From: an uncultured Actinomycetes bacterium
GTDB lineage: Bacteria > Actinomycetota > UBA4738 > HRBIN12
Assembly: GCA_963817235.1 (NCBI GenBank)
Contig: CAWFNS010000006.1
Span: 204,163-268,162, forward strand
Length of the DNA: 64,000 nucleotides
Direction: 5' to 3'
In this document: piece after piece, positions 48,435-58,704 of the stretch
Layout of the letters: each line of letters begins with the position of its first letter
Numbering within the stretch: position 1 is the first letter of the stretch
The notes under the pieces: model-generated
The model's database searches: none
What the model was told of the DNA's origin: nothing
The model's input: the letters and a program-made list of their open reading frames with translations, nothing else
Position numbers and translations under genes: made by a program

Positions 48435-49208
48435 GTGGCCGACGTGGAGGGCCTGTTGCTCGACATCGACGGCGTGCTCGCGGTGTCGTGGGAGCCGATC
48501 CCCGGATCGGTCGAGGCGATGGCGTGGATCCGCGACCAGCAGATCCCGTTCCGGCTCATCACGAACACCACGACGCACACGCGTCGCGACCTGGCCGCGA
48601 CGCTCCGCGCGGCGGGGTTCGACGTCGAGCCGGATCGGATCGTGACGGCCGTGACGGCGACCGCCTCCTACCTGACCGAACGGCACCCCGGCGCCGGCGT
48701 GTACGTGCTGACCGACGGCGATCCGGGCGAGGACCTGGAAGGGGTCGCAGTGGTCGAGCGGCCGCAGGACGCCGACGTGATCGTGCTCGGCGGCGCGTCC
48801 GATGCGTTCAGCTACCCGGCGATGAACGCGATCTTCCGCCGGCTCATGGATGGGGCGGCGTTGGTCGGCATGCACCGCAACCTCTATTGGAAGACGGCGC
48901 GCGGATGGGAGCTGGACTCCGGCGCCTTCCTGGGCGGACTCGAGGAGGCGGCGGGGACCACCGCCACGATCTGCGGCAAGCCGGCGTTCGCGTACTTCGA
49001 CGCCGCCCGCGCCGCGCTGGGGATCCCGGCCGAGCGGGTGGCGATGGTCGGCGACGACGTCGTCAACGACATCGAAGGCGCGCGGGCCGCGGGACTCATC
49101 GGCGTGCTGGTGCGGACCGGCAAGTTCCGGGACGAGGATCTGGCGAAGGGCTCGCCCGACGCCGTCCTCGGATCGCTCGCCGACCTCCCGGCCTGGTTGC
49201 GGGGCTGA
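48435..49208 (+). CDS. HAD-superfamily subfamily IIA hydrolase
   Basis: LLDIDGVL (motif I), ITNTTT (motif II), GKP, MVGDDVVNDIEGA (motif IV). Confidence 0.8.
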   Translation: MADVEGLLLDIDGVLAVSWEPIPGSVEAMAWIRDQQIPFRLITNTTTHTRRDLAATLRAAGFDVEPDRIVTAVTATASYLTERHPGAGVYVLTDGDPGEDLEGVAVVERPQDADVIVLGGASDAFSYPAMNAIFRRLMDGAALVGMHRNLYWKTARGWELDSGAFLGGLEEAAGTTATICGKPAFAYFDAARAALGIPAERVAMVGDDVVNDIEGARAAGLIGVLVRTGKFRDEDLAKGSPDAVLGSLADLPAWLRG

Positions 49209-49212
49209 TCGC

Positions 49213-49894
49213 ATGTCGAACACGGCGCGGACGCGGCACGCACGGACCCTGTTCGCCGGCATCGCACCGGAGTACGAGCGGATGGGCGCGGTGCTGTCGT
49301 TCGGGCAGGATCCGCGCTGGCGTCGGTTCCTCGTCGGCCGGGTGCGCGCGGCCCCCGGCTCGGCGGTCCTCGACGTGGCGAGCGGCACGGGGCTGGTCGC
49401 GCGCGCGCTCGAGGCGCGCGGGTACCGCGTCACGGCGCTGGATGCCAGCGAGGAGATGCTCGGCGCGAACACGGGACGCCGCGTGCTCGCGCACGCGGAG
49501 CGGCTGCCGTTCGGCGACGACTCGTTCGACGCGCTCACGTTCACGTACCTGCTCCGGTACGTGGACGACCCGGGCGCCACGCTCGACGAACTGGCCCGCG
49601 TCGTCCGACCCGGCGGGCCGATCGCGTCGCTCGAGTTCGCGGTGCCCGCCGCCCGCTGGGCCGAACCGCTCTGGCGTTCGTACACCCGGTTCGTGATGCC
49701 GGCCGTGGGATCGGTCGTCTCGCCCGCGTGGGCGCACACGGGCCGGTTCCTGGGGCCGTCGATCGAGGACTACTGGCGCGAGCACCCGCTGGGACGAGCA
49801 GCTCGCGGCGTGGGACGCCGCCGGCATCGGCGGCGTGCGCTGGCGACGGATGTCCAACGGCGCGGCGATCGTGCTGTGGGGGCGGAAGCGATGA
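49213..49894 (+). CDS. Class I SAM-dependent methyltransferase (UbiE/MenG-like) (frame disruption near 49790)
   Basis: ATG at 49213 within ORF 48850..50628. VLDVASGTGLVA, LPFGDDSFDALTFTYLLRYV. The C-terminus is recovered in another frame and ends at TGA 49892-49894, which overlaps the next ATG. Confidence 0.7.
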
Positions 49895-50628
49895 CGACGC
49901 AGGATCGGCCGGCGTTCTACGCGCTGCCGGCCGGTGGCTGGCGCGACTACGTGACGCTGCTGCATCCGCCGTACACGCTCTGGCACCTGTCGTACGTCGC
50001 GATCGGCGCGTGCGTGGTCGCGGACGTCAACTTCGGCTACCTCGGGTGGACCCTCCTGGCGTTCTTCGGCGGCGTCGGCCTCGGTGCGCACGCGCTCGAC
50101 GAGCTCCGCGGCCGTCCGCTCGGCACGGCCATCCCGTCGCCCGTGCTGGTGGGGATCGCCGCCGTCGGACTGGTGGGCGCGATCGTGATCGGCCTCTACG
50201 GCGTGGTCCTCGTGTCCACCTGGCTGCTGGCCTTCATCGTCGTCGGCGCCTTCCTCGCGCTCGCGTACAACCTCGAGTGGTTCGGCGGCGCCTTCCACTC
50301 CGATCTGTGGTTCGCGCTCGGCTGGGGCGCCTTCCCGGCGCTGACCGCCGCGTTCGCGCAGACCGGGAGCCTGTCGATCGCGGCGGTCGCGGCCGCCGCG
50401 GGATGCGCGGCGCTGTCCGCCGCGCAGCGCGTGCTGTCCACGCCGGTGCGGCAGCTGCGTCGCCACGCCGTCACGATCGAGGGCCGCGTCGCCTTCGACG
50501 ACGGCACCGACCTGGCGCTCGACGGCGCCTGGCTCCGCTCGACCCCCGAGCGGGCGCTCCGGCTGCTCTCGCTGAGCGTTCCGTTGCTGGCCGTCGCGAT
50601 GGTCGCGGCGGCGCTCGGCCGACGCTGA
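49891..50628 (+). CDS. Polytopic membrane protein of unknown function
   Basis: MTTQDRPAFYAL... with about 7-8 hydrophobic helices. ATGA overlap with the methyltransferase gene. Confidence 0.55.
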   Translation: MTTQDRPAFYALPAGGWRDYVTLLHPPYTLWHLSYVAIGACVVADVNFGYLGWTLLAFFGGVGLGAHALDELRGRPLGTAIPSPVLVGIAAVGLVGAIVIGLYGVVLVSTWLLAFIVVGAFLALAYNLEWFGGAFHSDLWFALGWGAFPALTAAFAQTGSLSIAAVAAAAGCAALSAAQRVLSTPVRQLRRHAVTIEGRVAFDDGTDLALDGAWLRSTPERALRLLSLSVPLLAVAMVAAALGRR

Positions 50629-50637
50629 GGTCCGCGG

Positions 50638-52575
50638 CTACCGCGCGGCCGCGACGATCCCGAGGACCTCGTCGGCGTAGCGTTCGAGCTTCGTGGGTCC
50701 GACGCCGTCGATCGCGGCCAGGTCGGCCCAGTCATGCGGGCGGCGTTCGGCGATCTGCACGAGCGTCGCGTCGTGGAACACGACGTAGGCGGGGACGCCG
50801 TCGGCCTTCGCCCGCTGGCGCCGCCAATCCTTCAGCCGGTCGAACAGCGTCCCGCGCTCGGCCGTCCGGATCGCGACGCCGTCCGCCGTCCGCCGGCGCG
50901 TGGGCGTCCTGACCGGCGGCGCGCTCACCCCGATCTCGGCGAGGAACGGGCTCTGCGCGGCGCGCGCGTCCGAAGGCCATGAAAGGAACAGGTGCGTGCG
51001 TGCGCGCGTGATGCCGACGTAGAGCAACCGGCGTTCCTCCTCCGGATCGGCTTCCGACCGGCGCGAGCGGAACGGGAGCTCGCCGTCGAGGAGCCGCGGG
51101 AGGAACACCGCGTCGAACTCCAGCCCCTTGGCCCGGTGGTACGTCATCAACTGCACGCCGCGGCCCTCGCGGTCCGCCGCGAACCGCCGTTCGAGCTCCG
51201 CGAGGAACCCCGCCGCGGTCGCTCCTTCGCCCAAGGATGCCGCGTGTTCGGCGGCGAGCGCGCGGAGGCGTCCGAGGTCCGCCTGGCGCGTCGCCTCCTC
51301 GTCGCTGTCGGGCGAGGCCTCCGCATCGAAGCCGAGCTCGTCGGTGACGGACCGCACGGCGTCGACCAGATCGACCGTCGCGTCGACGCGACGGAGCCGA
51401 GCCAGGACCGATCGCGGGCCCGGCCGGCGCAGGAACGCGCCGTCGCGCACCTGGTACGGGATGGCGGCCGCGGCGAACGCCTCCTCGTACGGTTCGGATC
51501 GGGCGTTGATCCTGGACAGGACCGCCATCCGGTCCCAGGGCGTGCCCTCCACGCTCAGCTTCCGGCACGCGTCCACGACGAACGCGACCTCGGCGGCCTC
51601 GTCCGGCAGCGCACGGGCGGTGGGGCTCGGCCCGTCCGGCTTCGTGGCCCGCAGCTCCTTCGCGAACCCACCCAGGTGCCGGGCCAGCGCGTTCGCCACC
51701 GTCAGGACCTGGGGCGAGGAGCGATGGTTCTCTTCGAGCCGCACGACGGTGGCGTTCGGGTAGCGGTCCGGGAAGCCGAGCAGGTGCTCGGGCGACGCCC
51801 CCGTGAACGAGTAGATCGTCTGGTAGTCGTCCCCGACGACGCAGAGCTCGTCGCGTCCGCCCAGCCACCGTTCGAGCAGCGCCTGCTGCAGGGGGTTCAC
51901 GTCCTGGTACTCGTCGACGGTGACGGCGGCGATCCGCGCGCGCACTTCGTCCGCCGCCGCCGGGTGCTCGTCGAACAGCCGGACGGCGAGGCCCAGCATG
52001 TCCTCGAAGTCCAGCCGGCCGGTGCGTTGCTTCCGCCGCTCGTAGCCGTCGTAGACCCCGAGCATCAGCTCGGCCGGCATCGGCGGCTGGTGCGGGCCCA
52101 AGGACCCGAGGTAGCGCGACGGCGCGATCATGCGGTTCTTGGCCCACTCGATCTCGCCCGCCAGCTCGCTGCGCGGGAGGAACTTGTAGGGGGGTGGCAG
52201 GGCGGCAGCCAGCGAGGCGATCAGGGGCGCCTTCGAGTCGAGGATCGCCGGGAGCCGCTCGCCGGTGTGCCGCTCCCAGAGGCGGGACAGCTGCGACAGC
52301 GCCGCGGCGTGGAAGGTCCGGGCCTCGACACCCTCGGCGCCGAGGCGGCCGAGGCGCTCCTTCAGCTGGCGGGCGGCCTTGTCCGTGAAGGTGACCGCCA
52401 GGATCTGCCGCGCCTCGAACGTGCCCGTGGCCACCTGGTTCGCGATGCGATGCGTGATCGTCGTGGTCTTCCCGGTCCCGGCTCCGGCGAGGATCGCGAC
52501 CGGGCCGCGGACCGCGTGGGCGGCCGCCCGTTGGGCGTCGTTCAGCCCCGCGAGGATCCCGCCGTCCGCGCCCAT
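50638..52575 (-). CDS. UvrD-family ATP-dependent DNA helicase with C-terminal HRDC domain (UvrD2-like)
   Basis: 645 aa. AGAGTGKTTTI, TFHAAAL, VDEYQDVNPLQ, TYHRAKGLEFD, VGITRA. HRDC-like tail LKDWRRQRAKADGVPAYVVFHDATLVQIA...IDGVGPTKLERY. Confidence 0.85.
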   Translation of the reverse strand: MGADGGILAGLNDAQRAAAHAVRGPVAILAGAGTGKTTTITHRIANQVATGTFEARQILAVTFTDKAARQLKERLGRLGAEGVEARTFHAAALSQLSRLWERHTGERLPAILDSKAPLIASLAAALPPPYKFLPRSELAGEIEWAKNRMIAPSRYLGSLGPHQPPMPAELMLGVYDGYERRKQRTGRLDFEDMLGLAVRLFDEHPAAADEVRARIAAVTVDEYQDVNPLQQALLERWLGGRDELCVVGDDYQTIYSFTGASPEHLLGFPDRYPNATVVRLEENHRSSPQVLTVANALARHLGGFAKELRATKPDGPSPTARALPDEAAEVAFVVDACRKLSVEGTPWDRMAVLSRINARSEPYEEAFAAAAIPYQVRDGAFLRRPGPRSVLARLRRVDATVDLVDAVRSVTDELGFDAEASPDSDEEATRQADLGRLRALAAEHAASLGEGATAAGFLAELERRFAADREGRGVQLMTYHRAKGLEFDAVFLPRLLDGELPFRSRRSEADPEEERRLLYVGITRARTHLFLSWPSDARAAQSPFLAEIGVSAPPVRTPTRRRTADGVAIRTAERGTLFDRLKDWRRQRAKADGVPAYVVFHDATLVQIAERRPHDWADLAAIDGVGPTKLERYADEVLGIVAAAR

Positions 52576-52643
52576 GCGGCGACCCTAGCAGCGGGTCACG
52601 ACGCGGCGGGGGCCTTATCCGCGCGGGCGCGTACCCTCGTTCC

Positions 52644-54054
52644 ATGACGACGGCGACCACGATCGGCGAGCTGCGCGCCTCCGGCTACGAGGACCGCTCC
52701 GTGAAGGAGGAGCTCCGCGCGAACCTGCTGGCGAAACTCGAACGCGGCGAGGAGCTGTTCCCCGGCATCCTGGGCTTCCAGGACACGGTCCTGCCGGGCC
52801 TCGAGCGCGGGATCCTCGCCGGCCACGACCTGATCCTGCTCGGCGAACGCGGCCAGGCGAAGACCCGCCTCGTGCGCGCGGTGGTCAACCTGCTTGACGA
52901 TTCGATGCCGGTGATCGAGGGCTGCGAGGTGAACGACCATCCCTTCCGGCCGATCTGCGCGCGGTGCCGCGACCTGGTCGCGTCCGACGGTGACACGGTG
53001 CCGATCGTCTGGGTCGGACGTGACGAGCGCTACAGCGAGAAGCTGGCCACGCCGGACACGAGCGTCGCCGACCTGATCGGCGACGTGGACCCGATCCGCG
53101 TGGCCGAGGGCCGCTACCTCGCCGACGAGCTCACGATCCACTACGGCATGATCCCGCGGACCCACCGCGGCATCGTGGCGATCAACGAGCTGCCCGATCT
53201 TCCCGAGCGGATCCAGGTGTCGCTGTTCAACATCCTGGAGGAGCGCGACGTGCAGATCCGCGGCTATCGGATCCGACTGCCGCTCGACATCCTGCTGGTG
53301 GTCACGGCGAACCCGGACGACTACACGCACCGAGGGCGGATCGTCTCGCCGCTCAAGGACCGGTTCGGCACGCAGGTCCGCACGCACTATCCGGAGACGC
53401 CCGCCGAGGAGATCCGCATCATGGACCAGGAGGCGCGAGCCGACGCCGGCGCGGTCCCGGTCCGGGTGCCGGTCTTCATGAAGGAGATCGTGGCGTCGCT
53501 CACGCAGGAGCTGCGTCGCTCGCCGCACGTGAACCACCGCAGCGGCATCAGCGTCCGGTATTCGATCGGGAACGTGGAGACCCTCCAGGCCGCCGCGGTG
53601 CGGCGGGCCGCCCGGACCCACGAGCCCGAGGCCGTGCCCCGGGTCGTCGACCTGCCGGCCGTGCTCCGCTCCTCCGAAGGGCCGTGTCGAGTTCGACACG
53701 GTGGAGGAGGGCCGCGAGCACGACATCCTGACCCGCGCGATGCGGCAGGCGGAGCTCGACGTGTTCCGCCGCCGGCTCTCGGGGTTCGACTTCACCGGCG
53801 TCCTCGGACGCTTCGACGATCCGGCGTTCGCGGTGGACACGTCCGAGCTGACGCCCGCGTCGGAGCTGCTGGCGACGTTCGGCGACCTGCCGGGTCTCGC
53901 GAAGCTGCTCGAGCGGCTCGGGGTCCGCGAGGAGAGCCCGGGCGTCGCGGCGAGCGCGCTCGAGTTCGCGCTCGAAGGGCTGCACCTGTCTCGGCGGCTG
54001 AACAAGGACGAGGAGGACGGCGTCGCGCGCTACGCGGGTCCCGACGCCTCGTAG
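52644..54054 (+). CDS. AAA+ ATPase of the Mg-chelatase (ChlI)-like family (frame disruption near 53685)
   Basis: Walker A LLGERGQAKT. Walker B-like GIVAINELPDL. Arginine-finger region VVTANPDDYTHRGRIVSPLKDRF. The C-terminal 117 aa are in ORF 53701..54054. Confidence 0.75.
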
Positions 54055-54066
54055 ACTCCCGCGCCG

Positions 54067-54453
54067 ATGCCGGAGGTCCACAAGTACGTCGGGTTCGCCG
54101 TGGTCGGCGTCTTCACGATCGGGTGGGTGTGGGGCCTCGTCGCGCTGATCGCGCGGCGCGATCCCGGCCCGCGCTTCTGGACCTGGCTCGTCGTCGCACA
54201 GGTGATCGCCGGGGTCCAGGCGGTGCTCGGCATCATCCTGCTGCTGCTCGGGTACCGGCCGGACACGTGGCTGCACTACGTCTACGGCTTCGGGCCGATC
54301 GTGATCTTCGCGATCGCGCACTCGATGGCGCGCGAGCTTCCCGGCGGCGGAGGCGGCAGGCTCTCGCAGCCGTGGGTCGTGTTCGCGGCCGCTGCGTTCA
54401 TCTGCTTCGGGCTCGCCGGACGGGCGTTGATGACCGGCCTCGGCCTGGCGTGA
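54067..54453 (+). CDS. Small 4-TM membrane protein
   Basis: 128-aa ORF with four hydrophobic helices, packed between the AAA+ and VWA genes. Confidence 0.55.
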   Translation: MPEVHKYVGFAVVGVFTIGWVWGLVALIARRDPGPRFWTWLVVAQVIAGVQAVLGIILLLLGYRPDTWLHYVYGFGPIVIFAIAHSMARELPGGGGGRLSQPWVVFAAAAFICFGLAGRALMTGLGLA

Positions 54454-54497
54454 TCCCTTCCGGCCACGCTCGCGGCGGCAGCGCCTAGGCTGGAGGG

Positions 54498-56443
54498 GTG
54501 GCGAGCTTCCGGTATTCGCGCTGGGACGGAACGCAGGATCCGTTCGCGGACGACGTGCCGGCCTCGGACCTGCTCGAGGAGCTCTCCGACGACATCCTGA
54601 TGGGCGACTCGCCCGAGGCGGCCCTCCGTCGCCTGATGCGTCGTGGGATGCAGGGCCGGTTCTCCGGGCTGGATGCGCTGCGCCGTCGCCTGCAGCAACG
54701 GAGGGACGAGGAGCAGGAGCGCCTCAACCTGGCGGGTCCGCTTGGAGGAGTTGAAGGAACGGCTCGACGAGATCGTCGATCGCGAGCGCTCGCGGTTGTC
54801 GTTCGAGCCGAGCGATGACGCCAGGATGCGCGAGACCTTCCTCGACGCGCTGCCGCCGGACGTGCCCGGGCAGATCGGCGAGCTCAAGGAGTACCGGTTC
54901 ATGGACCCCGAGGCGCAGCGGCTGTTCGACGAGCTCCTGGAGCACGTCAAGGAGCAGGTGCTCGGCTCGTACTTCCGGCAGCTCGCCCAGGGGATGCGCG
55001 ACGTGACGCCGGAGCAGATGGCTCGGTTCAAGGACATGCTGTCCGAGCTGAACGGATTGCTCGAAGCACGGGCCCGCGGCGAGGACACGCAGCCGGCGTT
55101 CGAGGACTTCATGCAGCGCTACGGCGATCTGTTCCCGGAGAACCCGAGGACGCTCGACGAGCTGCTGGAGCAGATGGCGCGCCGGATGGCGGCGATGTCG
55201 CGGCTGCTCGCGTCGCTGTCGCCCGAGCAACGCGAGGAGCTCCAGGGCCTGGTCGACCAGGTGATGCAGGACATGGACCTGGCCTTCGAGATGGACCGCC
55301 TCGGCGCGAACCTCCAGGGGATGTTCCCCGACGCCGGATGGGGCGAGGGCGAGTGGGGCGAGGGCGAGGACGCGATGCCGATGTCGGCCACGGTCGACGC
55401 GCTGGAGCGGATGCACGACTACGAGGAGCTCGACCGATCGATCGAGGGCGCGTATCCGGGCGCCGCGCTCGAGGACGTCGACGAGGAGGCGCTCCGCCGC
55501 ACGCTCGGCGAACCGTCGGTGCAGGATCTGCGCCGCCTCAAGCAGATCGAGAAGATGCTCGAGGACGCCGGGACTCGTCCAGCGCACCGGCGGCCGGCTC
55601 GAGGTGACGCCGCGCGGCGCGAAGAAGATGGGCGAACGCGCCTTGACCCGCGTCTTCGAGCGCCTGACGCGCGACCGGGAAGGCACGCACGAGGCGCGCG
55701 ACCCCGGCGGCCTGGCGGAACCGACCGGCCAGACGCGGCCGTGGCGGTTCGGCGACCACGGCACGATCGCGGTGCAGCGCACGGTGTTCAACGCGGTCAC
55801 CCGAGGTGGCGTGCGGGAGGAAGGCAGCGTGCGGCTCGATCCGGAGGACTTCGAGCTGATCGAGGCCGAGGAGCGGACCGAGACGGCGACGGCGCTGCTC
55901 CTGGACCTCTCGTTCTCGATGCCGCTGCGCGGTCACCTGGTGCACGCGAAGAAGATGGCGCTCGCCCTGCACGCGCTGATCGAGGGTCGCTATCCGCACG
56001 ACACCCTCTACCTGATCGGGTTCAGCGACTACGCGCGCCGCCTGAAGCCCGAGGACCTCGCGGCGCCCGGCTTCGAGCGGACCTACGGCACGAACATGCA
56101 GCACGCGTTCCTGCTCGCGGGTCGGCTGCTGGCCCAGCACCCCCGCGCGATGCGGCAGGTGATCATGGTGACCGACGGCGAACCGACGGCGCACCTCGAG
56201 GGAGAGCACGCGTACTTCGCGTGGCCGCCGGAGGCGGAGACGATCCGGCGGACGCTCGCCGAGGCGGTCCGGCTGACCCGCAGCGGCGTGACGCTGAACA
56301 TCTTCATGCTCGAGGAGTCCGACGGGCTCGCGCGATTCATGGAGCGACTGGCCGAACGCACCCGCGGCCGCGTGTTCCTGATGGACGACCGGCAGGTCGG
56401 GGACTTCGTGTTGCGCGACTACGTCCGTCGACGCGCCCGGTAG
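54498..56443 (+). CDS. von Willebrand factor type A (VWA) domain protein (frame disruptions near 54740 and 55575)
   Basis: N-terminus MASFRYSRWDGTQDPF. Long acidic helical middle part (ORF 54643..). C-terminal VWA with MIDAS motif DLSFSM and VIMVTDGEPTA (ORF 55604..56443). Confidence 0.75.
55339..55368 (+). repeat. In-frame 15-bp tandem duplication TGGGGCGAGGGCGAG x2 (WGEGE-WGEGE) inside the VWA gene
   Basis: Direct reading of the sequence at 55339-55368. Confidence 0.8.
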
Positions 56444-56452
56444 GCTCCGGCC

Positions 56453-57082
56453 GTGCACGGCTGGCGCAAGGCGGCGGTCTGGGTCGGCGCGTTCGTCGTG
56501 GCCATCGCCGCCGGCGCGATCGTGGCGGCGCACAGCAACCCGTTCCCCCCCGGCGTCGACGACGGAGGGGCGGCGCCGAGCGCGTCGCCGACGCCGACCG
56601 TCGACCACTGGCTGCTGCATACGACGACCGTGGCCGCGCACGTCCTCCACGTCGGCGGGACGTGCCGCGGGACGTGGATCCTGGACGCTCCCCTTCGGGC
56701 GACGCTCGACGGCGCGGTCCTCGGGACCGGCACGGCGTCGCTCGACGGTGCCGTGACCTGCCCGTTCACGACCGCGCAGGTCGCGGCCCGCCTGATCCCG
56801 GTGGACATCACCGGCCATATCGGCGACGGCGCGATGGTGCTCGTGTTCCGCGCGGAGGAAGGGACGAGGCCGGCCGGCTCGGTGGACCTGGCAGGGTTCG
56901 CGGCGGCGCTCCCCGTGATCCGGCTGACGGTCGTGGGCACCAGCGCCACCGGCACCCGAACGACGTCGGTGTCGGACCACGATCTGGGGACGTACCGGTC
57001 GGTCATGCGCGCGTGGGCGACGTGCATGTCGTGCGGACCGGCGCCGGTCACCCCGTCCGGTCCCACCACAGCGTCACCGTGA
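56453..57082 (+). CDS. Hypothetical N-terminally anchored/secreted protein
   Basis: 209 aa. TM/signal segment AAVWVGAFVVAIAAGAIVAA, followed by a Thr/Gly/Val-rich region with 5 Cys. Confidence 0.5.
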   Translation: MHGWRKAAVWVGAFVVAIAAGAIVAAHSNPFPPGVDDGGAAPSASPTPTVDHWLLHTTTVAAHVLHVGGTCRGTWILDAPLRATLDGAVLGTGTASLDGAVTCPFTTAQVAARLIPVDITGHIGDGAMVLVFRAEEGTRPAGSVDLAGFAAALPVIRLTVVGTSATGTRTTSVSDHDLGTYRSVMRAWATCMSCGPAPVTPSGPTTASP

Positions 57083-57890
57083 CGTGACGCTCCGGACCGG
57101 CGGACCAGATCCCGTCGGCGTCGCGGACCAGCCGTTCGCCCAGGGCTGCCTCGATCTCGGGGTCGCGGTCCGCGGGCAGGCAGAGCCGCCGTCGGACGAC
57201 GGCGACGGCGTCACCGCGCTCCGCGAAGCCACCGCCCCCGCCCGGGCGCGACAGGCGGTCGGAGCGCATCGGATCGAACCCGGCTTCTTCGAGCACCGCG
57301 GCCGCGTCGTCCGCCGACGGTCCCTCCGGCCGATCGAGGTCGTGGAAGCGGAGCCAGAGGTCGCGCATCCAGGCCCACGGGTGGCGCTCGGTCAGCTCCA
57401 GCACCACGCGGCGCCGCGCGTGGGCGTCGAGCGCGAGGGCGAACGATCCGAGGTCCGCGACGTTGTACAGCACGTGACCGCACACGACGACATCGGCGGC
57501 GTCCACCTCGGGCGCCACGTCCGGCCACCTCCCCCGGACCGTCGCCGTCGCCACGCGCGCATCGCGGGCGGCGGCGGCGAACGACGCCAGCATCTCCTCG
57601 CTCTCATCGACCCCCGTGATCCGCGTGGCGAGCCGTGCGAGCGGCAGGGAGGTCGCGCCGCTCCCGCAGCCGACGTCGAGGACCGATCCGCCCCTCCCGA
57701 GCGCCTCGGCCGCCCGATCGGTGGTGGGGGTGGGGTTGCCCCGGTCGTCGCGCGCTCGGCGCGCCGTCCGGAAGAGCTCTGCGGGGAAGGCGTAGGGAGG
57801 CTCCGGCGCGGCCGCCAGGATCGGGTCGGGGATCGTCCACGCGGCCAGATCCCGCCGCCAGCGAGCGTCGGCGGGCCCCCGATCGGACAT
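57048..57890 (-). CDS. Class I SAM-dependent methyltransferase
   Basis: 280 aa. VLDVGCGSGATSL motif I, DVVVCGHVLYNV. Confidence 0.75.
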   Translation of the reverse strand: MSDRGPADARWRRDLAAWTIPDPILAAAPEPPYAFPAELFRTARRARDDRGNPTPTTDRAAEALGRGGSVLDVGCGSGATSLPLARLATRITGVDESEEMLASFAAAARDARVATATVRGRWPDVAPEVDAADVVVCGHVLYNVADLGSFALALDAHARRRVVLELTERHPWAWMRDLWLRFHDLDRPEGPSADDAAAVLEEAGFDPMRSDRLSRPGGGGGFAERGDAVAVVRRRLCLPADRDPEIEAALGERLVRDADGIWSAGPERHVTVTLWWDRTG

Positions 57891-57972
57891 GGACGCAGCC
57901 TAACGGAGCACTGTGGGGCGCGCTGAAGTGCAACTGGCCAATCAACCTGGCAATCGGCATGATGACAGGAAC

Positions 57973-58704
57973 ATGAACGACGAAAGTCTCCAGCGCGCGA
58001 ACGCGTTCCTCGCTGCCGTCGCCGATCGCGTCGCCATCGGGGACGTGCTCGACGAAACGCCGGCCGAGATCGGGCGCGCGCTCGGGCTTCCCGACGCCCT
58101 GTCCACCGCGCGCGCCGTCCGCGCCTTGATCGCGCGACGCCGTCTCGAGCCGGCCAATGGCTCGTACCGGTTGCTCGATCCCCGCCCGGTCGATGCGGGC
58201 GAGAAGGAGGCGCTCGGCCGGCGGCCGCGCAAACCGCGGGCCGGCAAGCCGGGCAGGCCCCGTTCGATCGCTCCCTCGGCCGAGATGGCCGAGATGGCCG
58301 AGATGGATGGACCGGGGTACTCGGACCTGGGCCGGGCGGTCGCCGACAAGCTCGTGGACCTCGGCCGGGAGAACGCGCAGCTGCGGGCGGAATCGCGCCA
58401 GCTCCGGGAGGAGACCCGGGAGGCTCGAGCCGCGCGCGATGACGCGGAGCGGCGGGCTCGCGGACTCGCCGAGCGGACGCGCGAGCTGGAGGCACGCGCC
58501 GAGATGGCCGAGTCCAACCTCCGTTCGCTGCTGGCGTCGGCGCGGGGCCACGATGCGAAGTCCGACGCGCCGGTCGGCGATGCGGAGATGGCCGCCATCC
58601 TCGGCGTCCTGAAGGGCGACGACGAGGAGGGCGAACCGCAGCCCGACGAGGTGGCGGAGCCCCTGCGCGAGGAACCCGCGGTGCAGGGCTCGGACGCGTT
58701 CTAG
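57973..58704 (+). CDS. Hypothetical winged-helix-like / coiled-coil protein with acidic tail
   Basis: M21 of ORF 57913..58704 (AGGA 8 nt upstream). N-terminal PAEIGRALGLPDALSTARAVRALIARRRLE. Basic linker, AEM x3 repeat and a heptad-like ENAQLRAESRQLREETREARAARDDAERRARGLAERTRELEARAEMAE. Confidence 0.5.
   Translation: MNDESLQRANAFLAAVADRVAIGDVLDETPAEIGRALGLPDALSTARAVRALIARRRLEPANGSYRLLDPRPVDAGEKEALGRRPRKPRAGKPGRPRSIAPSAEMAEMAEMDGPGYSDLGRAVADKLVDLGRENAQLRAESRQLREETREARAARDDAERRARGLAERTRELEARAEMAESNLRSLLASARGHDAKSDAPVGDAEMAAILGVLKGDDEEGEPQPDEVAEPLREEPAVQGSDAF
58279..58305 (+). repeat. In-frame 9-bp tandem repeat GCCGAGATG x3 (AEM x3)
   Basis: Direct reading of the sequence at 58279-58305. Confidence 0.85.

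Noticed and set aside
55339-58305. The short tandem repeats (15 bp x2 at 55339-55368 and 9 bp x3 at 58279-58305) as regulatory or VNTR-type elements.
   Set aside because: Both are in-frame within coding sequences (WGEGE x2 and AEM x3). They are simple codon-level duplications and are recorded as repeats only.
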